Below, piece by piece: positions 44,301-50,871 of a stretch of DNA of 64,000 bases. The DNA comes from Bradymonadia bacterium (GTDB taxonomy: Bacteria > Myxococcota_A > Bradymonadia > UBA7976 > UBA1532), in NCBI GenBank assembly GCA_046290225.1, contig JBKAGE010000078.1, positions 32,001-96,000 of the forward strand, written 5' to 3'. The translations under genes and the position numbers were made by a program. Position 1 is the first letter of the stretch; every line of letters starts with the position of its first letter. The notes beneath the pieces were generated by a model. It searched no databases. It was not told the origin of the DNA and was given only the letters and a program-made list of their open reading frames with translations.

Positions 44301-45061
44301 TCAGCACCACTGTTCACCCAGGCCACGTGACGGATCCCCGGAGGGGCCGCCCGGAGCAGGCCCTCGAAGAAGGCCTGGGTCTCGCGCTGCACTGCCGGGT
44401 GGTTCGGAGAGAGCGCCGAGACCATGTGAGGATCGAAGCGCCCCTCGTCGAGGGCCGCCTGGACCTGACCTGGGCGAAAGCCTGCAGCGAGTGAAGCGAT
44501 CTGGCTTGCGGCGTCGACGATCTGCAGAGCATCTTCGTCGACTGACCTGAGGAATGGCCCCTGGCACCGGGCGAGATCCACCACAGCGGGTTTCTTCTCC
44601 CGGGGCAGGAAGCTCTCGCCATAGAACCGCGCGAGCCAGCCCGCGCTCGTGGGCAGCGCCCCTTCGGGGGGCACGTTGATCTTCTGAGGAGGCATCTCCA
44701 GGAATGGCCGGGGATCAGCCTCCTTCAACGCCGTGAGCCACTGGGTCAGCGCGTGCTCCACGCGATCGATGCCCGGCTCCACCGTATCGAAGGCGAGGCG
44801 AATGCCCACATCGTCGGCGACGAGCCCGGCGGCGCGGGCGCGATCTTTGAGTTGTGCCGCCGTGGCCTTCCGGCCGGCGAGCCTCACCTTCAAATCGGAG
44901 AACGGCAGCCACCCGACGTTGGGCTCTGCAGGGTCAACCTCGATGTGGCAGCGAAAGCGCTCTGCCACTTCTTCCAGACGTTGGCGGCGCTCCAACTGAC
45001 GCAACAATCCTTGTCGATCTGCCCGTGCAGTGATGGCCGTGGATTCGGCGTCGAGCATCAC
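41348..45061 (-). CDS. Multidomain fusion: class III aminotransferase (lysine 6-aminotransferase-like) + GNAT acyltransferase + second, degenerate class III aminotransferase domain
   Basis: AT1: NSGAEANEKAL, FEGSFHGRT, EPYQCEGGD, IFDEVQVGFG, VCAKRAQVG. GNAT: ITVHPRAQGRGVG. AT2: LYFTSSADEMVDKSF, LVETTTGMG, ISTWDGD. Confidence 0.85.
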   Translation of the reverse strand: MMLDAESTAITARADRQGLLRQLERRQRLEEVAERFRCHIEVDPAEPNVGWLPFSDLKVRLAGRKATAAQLKDRARAAGLVADDVGIRLAFDTVEPGIDRVEHALTQWLTALKEADPRPFLEMPPQKINVPPEGALPTSAGWLARFYGESFLPREKKPAVVDLARCQGPFLRSVDEDALQIVDAASQIASLAAGFRPGQVQAALDEGRFDPHMVSALSPNHPAVQRETQAFFEGLLRAAPPGIRHVAWVNSGAEANEKALHIARVNGAGGRRVLAFEGSFHGRTLLSLYSTWNPVKRAPYQIPGFETDFLPFPLDVELADPVIPEGWRKSWATAGADRAAWVTAAEGDALLTAEVQSLIATEKALQAGDVMACMLEPYQCEGGDRGASSRFVNGLRALTRAYGVPLIFDEVQVGFGLGGPVFWHSLFWMLDADGQPDGPDLIVCAKRAQVGLVLSRWPDPDPAPFHSASLVRGSIHLDIVERNVTHAGLAEQRLAALVERWPQLVSRPRVYGDAFAFDLPSGPVAQKLIAQRFYRGYMVYIAGARTLRYRMNRAMRPADVEAIFDIIDTSLAALVELAGGLDGDDWLTRMEAVEVPKWVTPLAAPASAPALTLQALLAEPTALNADRLLRTEGELSPQDRRLGAVTLGLSTDVRGAAALDAAKAADPAAFETAVGVPLVRWLADCLGTRIRALGPGDFDAVAGAIEALQSEVYEPARQDEPAYLKTVAQSAEAVALVAEDPEGLVGLTLAGPLELWWALDGPRQDPNLRRHNTLYSADITVHPRAQGRGVGLRLREAQIKAALNVKRASGAPRYAFITGRNRVGHTDAMWGINQRFGAYCAQLLQDQYGAAGAQAWYYRIPLRRSDRRAFEADNVAPAMRVLDAAHGVSEPTGAAHPQLVRARQLGVFDEGALTKLTLSNFITRPYVRYAEYLREMTPRGCGHLYFTSSADEMVDKSFRALKHHRKHASTAIGVEGGQLGSVTAAARSLSISASKGQAERYGHFGWPMVPHPANGLQETLAALEALVSTHGADALLGLYIESVQRRTGRVITPEQWAALVAFRDRTGVPLVLVETTTGMGRNGKDLWWLDSVKGDPDVVLWWSGGQIGHIFSNDRWYVEKPLTLISTWDGDELSATRLLRQLYLTRDLPLSMLSRRLEDGLVAAGYGPGVLGGMGLYRTLRVGAKRASQIQHGLAASGVKVARPSWDVIALVPALTATEYDIDRLVDALRRVDQGLP

Positions 45062-46554
45062 TGACCTCCCTTCTCGTCGAGGCCCAGGGCCCGGTCCAGG
45101 TTGCCGTGGGCGGTGATCTGCCCAAAGGGCACCTGCATCACTGCCACCGGGTAAGTGCACAGACGCGGTGCCATGGCACCGGCAGGTCGCCAGTTGCCGC
45201 TCATGCCCACGCCGCCGAAAGACAACAGCCCCGAAGCGCCGTTGGTGCTCCGGTTGAAGTTGAGCACCCCCGCCGGGATCTCGTCGTAGAAGCGCTCGAA
45301 GGCCTCCGGGCGGGCGCTGAAGAGACTCGCCGAGAGACCGTAGGTGTTCTCACCGCCCCGGGCGAAGGCGTCGTCCTCGCTCTGCGCCACCTCGAAGGCC
45401 ACGTGAGGCCCGAAAAGCTCCTCGTGCAGCAAACGCTCGTGGCCCTTCACCTCGTACAGACTCGGAGTGACGAAAGCACCCCCGTCGAGGCTCTCGCTCT
45501 CCACGAGCACCTGAGCCCCCTCTTCGCGGCCCTTCTGCAGCAGATCGAGGAAGCGGGTCTTGCTGGCCTCATTCGCCAGCGGCCCCATGAAGGTGGTGTC
45601 TCCTGCAGGATCGCCGGGCTTGATGCGACCAAAGGCCTGCACCAGGCGATCCCTCAGGCCGTCGGCGGCGCCGGGAGTGACGATGACGCGAGAGGTGGCC
45701 GTGCAGCGCTGCCCTGTGGTGAGCAGCGCACCGAGCATGATCTCCCGGGCGGCCTGTTCGAGATCGGCATCATCGAGGACCAGAGCGGGGTTCTTGCCAC
45801 CGAGCTCCAGGCAGACTTTCTTGTAGGGCTGGTCGAAGGTGGCCTGCCGAATCAAACGGCCGGTCCGATAGCTCCCAGTGAAGATCACCCCCCGGACCCC
45901 ACTGTGAGAGACGAGAGCTGCCCCAGTGTCTCCAAGGCCATGAACCAGGTTGAACACCCCTGCGGGGAACCCTGCCGCCTCGAAGAGCTCGGCGTAGCGC
46001 TGGCCTGCGAGGGGTGTCACCTCAGAGGGCTTGGCCACGACGGTGTTGCCCGTGAGCAACGCGGGGATCACGTGGGTGTTCACCAAATGCACGGGGAAGT
46101 TGAACGGGCCGATGATGGCCACCACCCCGAGGGCGTGAAAACGCTGCTCTCCAGGGGCGCCAGGACCTGCAGGGGGCAAGGCGTGGCCGATCTGGCTGAT
46201 GACACCGTCGATCTTGCCGGCGATGCTCCGGGCCTCGATGAGGGCCTCGTTCCGGGTCTTGCCCATCTCAGCAGTGATCGCTTCGGCGATGCGCTCTGCA
46301 TGATCACCCACTTTGTCCCGCACGGCCTTCAGCGCTTCGATGCGCCCTTCCAGACCGGCCCCACGCCACCCTCGGAGCGCGCTTCGGGCAGCGGTGACCG
46401 CACGATCCACGGCGCCCACGTCAGCCACGACCTCGAGGACGGGCTGATGACCATGGGCGGGGTTGCGGGAGACAAAGGTCTGCCCTCCAGCGGAGGGCTC
46501 GAATCGGCCATTGATGAAGTGGCCGCGGAAATCATCGAGGTAGGGGTGCGTCAA
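45058..46554 (-). CDS. Aldehyde dehydrogenase, succinylglutamate-semialdehyde dehydrogenase (AstD)-like
   Basis: GPFNFPVHL, KPSEVTP, FTGS, LELGGKN, GQRCTA, EELFGP, NRSTNGASG.LSFGG.G.SGN.RP. Confidence 0.85.
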   Translation of the reverse strand: MTHPYLDDFRGHFINGRFEPSAGGQTFVSRNPAHGHQPVLEVVADVGAVDRAVTAARSALRGWRGAGLEGRIEALKAVRDKVGDHAERIAEAITAEMGKTRNEALIEARSIAGKIDGVISQIGHALPPAGPGAPGEQRFHALGVVAIIGPFNFPVHLVNTHVIPALLTGNTVVAKPSEVTPLAGQRYAELFEAAGFPAGVFNLVHGLGDTGAALVSHSGVRGVIFTGSYRTGRLIRQATFDQPYKKVCLELGGKNPALVLDDADLEQAAREIMLGALLTTGQRCTATSRVIVTPGAADGLRDRLVQAFGRIKPGDPAGDTTFMGPLANEASKTRFLDLLQKGREEGAQVLVESESLDGGAFVTPSLYEVKGHERLLHEELFGPHVAFEVAQSEDDAFARGGENTYGLSASLFSARPEAFERFYDEIPAGVLNFNRSTNGASGLLSFGGVGMSGNWRPAGAMAPRLCTYPVAVMQVPFGQITAHGNLDRALGLDEKGGQ

Positions 46555-46636
46555 GTGGGGTGACCTCGTCGGGGCTCTGGTGTTGAGGGCTCTTTGATTT
46601 GAGGATCTCGGGCTTCGAACGCCGGGATGTGAAACT

Positions 46637-47461
46637 TTACGACCGCTTTTTGGGGATCTCCAGGTTCAAACGGCTCATGACCTTTTTCAGGTCACCCCAG
46701 ACCGGACGCTTGAGATCAGGGTGCTTGAGCAGCAGCCCTGGGGGGAACGTCACCATCACGGGACGACCCGGGCCTTCGCCATAGGTGTGCCAACGGCCGC
46801 GCATTCGCGCCATCGAGGCGCGGACGTCCAGCAGTGAGCGTGCAGGGAACACACCCATGGCCACGATGACCTCAGGCTGAAACGCCTGGACCGCCTCGGC
46901 GAGGTGCTCTCGACACCATCGCGTGCCCCCACCCTCGAGCAGGTTCACCAGCGCCACGTCGGCCACCGACAACCCCATGGCCCGGATCATCTTGTGCAGC
47001 AGAGTGCCTGCTGCGCCGTGGAAGGGCTCGAGAGGCTCCGGGGGCTGCTCTGTATGCGGCTCCCCGAGGAACATGAGGCGGGCCGGCTGCGGGCCTGTGG
47101 CCACCAGCGCCGGGCGTCCCCCCTCCCCCGGGAGCACGATGTGCTCTCCCTCCACGACACCCAGGGTGGACCACGTGGACATGGAGGGCATCTGGGAGAG
47201 CGAGGCTTCCGTGGGCGCTCCAGGGCTGGCGGGTGCTGATGGCCCAGGTGATGTGGCAGCAGGTGCCACTCGGGCCACAGGTGCAGGAGGATTCTGGGGG
47301 GCCGGCCTTCGCTTCGGCGGGGTGCGGGGTGCGATGCGACCCAGGGGTGGCATGTCGAACCCCTCGGGGATCGGCAGGGCCAGCTCTCCGGACTCCTGCA
47401 TCCAGGCCACAGCACCTCGGGCCGCAGCCACCAGCCGGGCCAGCTCAGCGCGATCGCTCAC
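46637..47461 (-). CDS. Family-4 uracil-DNA-glycosylase-like protein with degenerate active site
   Basis: ARLMFLGE, PF.GAAG.LL.KMI.AMGL, PEVIVAMG, RGRW, KR.VW.DL; lies immediately downstream of coaBC. Confidence 0.78.
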   Translation of the reverse strand: MSDRAELARLVAAARGAVAWMQESGELALPIPEGFDMPPLGRIAPRTPPKRRPAPQNPPAPVARVAPAATSPGPSAPASPGAPTEASLSQMPSMSTWSTLGVVEGEHIVLPGEGGRPALVATGPQPARLMFLGEPHTEQPPEPLEPFHGAAGTLLHKMIRAMGLSVADVALVNLLEGGGTRWCREHLAEAVQAFQPEVIVAMGVFPARSLLDVRASMARMRGRWHTYGEGPGRPVMVTFPPGLLLKHPDLKRPVWGDLKKVMSRLNLEIPKKRS

Positions 47462-48681
47462 CCCTCACCTCCAATTCGAGCACACGCCCAGTCCACGATG
47501 GCCTGGGCGAGGGCTGTCTTCTGCTCCAGCGCCCTCTGTGTCACCGCCTCTGCAGTGACAAACCATGTCTGGTTCGTCTGGCCAGCGAAGCCGCTGCCCT
47601 CAGCGGTGATGTCGTTCGCCACGATGAGATCAGCACCCTTTCGAGCCAGCTTGCCCTGAGCCGAGGGCACAGGGTGGCCCGTCTCGGCGGCGAAACCCAC
47701 CAGGACCTCAGGGCCACGCCCCGCTCGGCGCATGGCCCCCACGTCGGCGAGGATGTCGGGGTTGCGCACAAGCTCGAGGTGCATGGGCCCCGCCTTCTTC
47801 TTGATCTTGCCCGGTGCCGCCTCGGCGGGGCGGTAGTCTGCCACCGCAGCGGTCATGATGGCTGCGGCCACAGGGGCCTCGTGGGCCGCCATCACCGCCG
47901 CGTGCATCTGCACCGCCGAGGTCACGGGCACTGCAGTGACACCTGCAGGTGGCTCGATGGACACTGGACCGTGCACCAGGATCACCTCTGCGCCAGCCTC
48001 GGCTGCCGCTGCAGCGATGGCGAAGCCAGTACGACCACTGGAGGGGTTCGAGAGAAAGCGCACCGGGTCGACGTGCTCTCGTGTGGGTCCCGCGGTGATC
48101 ACCACACGGCGACCGACGAGGCGTTTAGGCCGCCTGTCGCGGGCGACGATCTCTGCCACGGCCTGCACGATGGCGTCGGGCTCGGCGAGGCGACCAGGCC
48201 CTGTGTGACCACAAGCGAGCTCTCCAGAGTCCGGCGTGACGATGTGCACGCCACGAGCCTGCAAGCGCTCGAGGTTCTCCTGCACAGGGGGCTGTTGGTA
48301 CATGAACGTGTTCATCGCCGGGCACACCACCACCGGCACGTTCGCCGCCAGCAACACCGTGGAGACGATCTCGTCACCCAGCCCGTTGGCCATCTTGCCG
48401 ATGAGGTTCGCCGTCGCCGGCGCCACCACCAGCACGTCGCATTGCTGGGCGAAGGCGATGTGGCCGATCTCCATCTCTTCTGAAGGATCGAGCGTCTCGG
48501 TGAGCACGGGCTGATGGGTCAGGCCCTGAAACGTGAGGGGGCCGATGAACTGTCGGGCGTTGGGCGTCATGGCCACCTGCACGGTGGCACCAGCCTTGAT
48601 GAGGCCTCTGGCCACCTCGGCGGCTTTGTAGGCGGCGATGCCCCCAGCGACGCAGAGGTGCACTCGGGTGTTGTTCAACAT
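47458..48681 (-). CDS. coaBC: Bifunctional phosphopantothenoylcysteine decarboxylase/synthase
   Basis: GGIAAYKA, APATAN, PAMN, LACG..G.GRL, TAGPTRE..DPVRFLSN.SSG, AAVADYRP, GFAAET. Confidence 0.96.
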   Translation of the reverse strand: MLNNTRVHLCVAGGIAAYKAAEVARGLIKAGATVQVAMTPNARQFIGPLTFQGLTHQPVLTETLDPSEEMEIGHIAFAQQCDVLVVAPATANLIGKMANGLGDEIVSTVLLAANVPVVVCPAMNTFMYQQPPVQENLERLQARGVHIVTPDSGELACGHTGPGRLAEPDAIVQAVAEIVARDRRPKRLVGRRVVITAGPTREHVDPVRFLSNPSSGRTGFAIAAAAAEAGAEVILVHGPVSIEPPAGVTAVPVTSAVQMHAAVMAAHEAPVAAAIMTAAVADYRPAEAAPGKIKKKAGPMHLELVRNPDILADVGAMRRAGRGPEVLVGFAAETGHPVPSAQGKLARKGADLIVANDITAEGSGFAGQTNQTWFVTAEAVTQRALEQKTALAQAIVDWACARIGGEG

Positions 48682-48781
48682 GCTGACACCAGATGATCGG
48701 CGGCGCTCGGCGACCGATCGGCGTGGGGTTCAGGGCACGAGGGGTCAGGGCAGTATGTGCCGGGGCTCCCCGAGGGGCAAC

Positions 48782-49378
48782 TCAATCGGGCAAGCCCACA
48801 TCGTTCCAGGGCAGATTGAAAGGCGCCCCAACAGAGGAGAGCGACAACACGTGCAGCGTGATGTACGCCGAGAGACCCCAAAGGGTCTCGTCATCGTACT
48901 CGAAGAAGTAGACCGGCCAGTCCTTGCGGCGGTGGGGCATCGTCTTGATCTCCCAACCCTCCGCCTGAGTGAGCGCCGCCATTGGGATGGTGAAGATCCG
49001 GGCGACCTCTGAAGGTTGGGGGATCAACTCAGGCAGCGCAGTGACCCGCCCCACCACCGGCGTCACCGCCATGTCGTCACGGATCGTGGGGAAGTCGTCG
49101 AGGATGCCCCAGACATCGACGGCTTCAGGAGGCAACCCCACCTCTTCATGGGCCTCACGCAACGCAGTCTGGATGATGTCGGCATCTCCGGGCTCTGCAG
49201 AGCCGCCGGGAAACGCCACCTGACCTGAGTGAGACTTGAGTTGCTCCGTTCGACGCGTCAACAGCACACGCAGGGGCCCGCCGTCGTCGATGATCGCCAC
49301 CAGCACACCTGCGTGGCGCGGGCGATCAAGCACACGACGTGTCCGCCGCGTGACGATGCTCGACGTGTCATCGAACAT
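48782..49378 (-). CDS. Nudix hydrolase, CoA pyrophosphatase type
   Basis: LLTRR...L..HSGQVAFPGG and Nudix box TALREAHEEVG; LWGL.A. Confidence 0.9.
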   Translation of the reverse strand: MFDDTSSIVTRRTRRVLDRPRHAGVLVAIIDDGGPLRVLLTRRTEQLKSHSGQVAFPGGSAEPGDADIIQTALREAHEEVGLPPEAVDVWGILDDFPTIRDDMAVTPVVGRVTALPELIPQPSEVARIFTIPMAALTQAEGWEIKTMPHRRKDWPVYFFEYDDETLWGLSAYITLHVLSLSSVGAPFNLPWNDVGLPD

Positions 49379-49941
49379 CAGCGGCCCATGAGGGGGACGA
49401 GTACAGAGGGCACCACCACGTTGGGCTGTTTCTGAAGCGGACCCAGGTGCACCTGAGCCGGCGTCACCGCTTTGTGGTCGATGAAAAGCTCCAGCTCGAT
49501 GGCATCGGCCCCCTTGGGCACCTTGAAGTCCATGCCCTCTACGCCGGCGGGCAGACCCTCGATGGTCTTGCCTTCGGTGATCACCCCTTTGAAGAAGGCC
49601 CGCTGCTGATCGATCCGGCTCATGGAGTCGTCACCGCCGACCATCACCGGCCGCACCGCCTTCACCCCGTTCTGTACCTTCACGATGCCCGTGAACGTGA
49701 GTGGCTTCTTCTCGGGATCAGTGTGGGCTGGCGCCGTCCAGCGCAGATGCCAGCCCTGATCGTCCGCCCACAGATAGTACGCAGGCCCCGAGATGCGGCT
49801 GATGACCGGGGCTCCGGTGAGCTGAGACAGCGTGAGCATCTTCTCGCCGGGCTGGGCCTGAGCACCGGCGAAGAGCCCGCCGGCCAACATCGTGACGCCC
49901 ACTGCGGTCATACCGATCGTTTTCAGAAGACGCATGATCAC
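49378..49941 (-). CDS. Hypothetical exported protein
   Basis: Signal peptide (..AQA); YYLWADDQGWHLRWT; stop overlaps the Nudix start. Confidence 0.7.
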   Translation of the reverse strand: MIMRLLKTIGMTAVGVTMLAGGLFAGAQAQPGEKMLTLSQLTGAPVISRISGPAYYLWADDQGWHLRWTAPAHTDPEKKPLTFTGIVKVQNGVKAVRPVMVGGDDSMSRIDQQRAFFKGVITEGKTIEGLPAGVEGMDFKVPKGADAIELELFIDHKAVTPAQVHLGPLQKQPNVVVPSVLVPLMGR

Positions 49942-49953
49942 CTCCGTTCGGGT

Positions 49954-50592
49954 CTACTCGCCGAGATCCGTGGGCTCGGCGAGGCGTCGATGCAGAGCAT
50001 CAGCCACCATACCGATGGCCACCTCGTTGCGGCCGCCTCGAGGGATCACCACGTCGGCGTGGCGACGAGAGGGCAGCACAAAGGCGAGATGCATGGGACG
50101 CACTGTGGCTTCATATTGTCCCAGCACATGCTCCATGGAGCGACCACGCTCCATGGTGTCCCGTCGCAGTCGACGCATGAGGCGGACGTCATCTTCGGTG
50201 TCGACGAAGATCTTCACATCCATCAGGTTGCGCAGCTCAGCGTTCTCGAGCACCAGGATGCCCTCGATGATGATGAGCGCCGCAGGGGCCACAGGGTGGG
50301 ATTCACCCGTACGCACCGACTCGGTATAGCTGTACACCGGCTTCTCGACTGCCAGCCCCTTCTTCAAGGCGCGGACGTGCTCGCCGAGGAGCGCGTTGTC
50401 GAAGGCGTCGGGGTGATCGAAGTTCACCTCGCGGCGATCTTCGAGGGCGAGGTGGCTGAGATCTTTGTAGTAGGCGTCCTGGTCGAGATAGGCCACCCGA
50501 CTGTGGCCGATTTCGTCGACGATGCGCCGGGCCACGGTGGTCTTTCCCGAACCGGTCCCACCGGCGATCCCAAGAGTGACAACGGCCGTCAC
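49954..50592 (-). CDS. udk: Uridine kinase
   Basis: GIAGGTGSGKTT, QDAYYKD, NFDHPDAFD, IEGIL, RRLRRD..ERGR, VRPMH. Confidence 0.95.
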   Translation of the reverse strand: MTAVVTLGIAGGTGSGKTTVARRIVDEIGHSRVAYLDQDAYYKDLSHLALEDRREVNFDHPDAFDNALLGEHVRALKKGLAVEKPVYSYTESVRTGESHPVAPAALIIIEGILVLENAELRNLMDVKIFVDTEDDVRLMRRLRRDTMERGRSMEHVLGQYEATVRPMHLAFVLPSRRHADVVIPRGGRNEVAIGMVADALHRRLAEPTDLGE

Positions 50593-50871
50593 AGGCGCTC
50601 CTTCATGGCGGGCCAGGGCCTCCCCAGCTGATCCGATCGCAAGGGCGGATCGGAGGGGTTTTCTTTGGTTTGGCCTGAGGCTAGAGTACGCCCCACACCG
50701 TGCTCTTTCATCTGCGAAATAGATGTCCGCGCCGCCGGCCCGGGCATCAGCGCTTCGCTGACGATTGGGGGCGGTATCACGGGCTTCGATGCACTGTCAA
50801 GGCGCCGACCCCGTGAGCCACAAGCCATACAATCCCAGACGCCGGGTGCCGGCCAACAGGTGCGCCAACCG

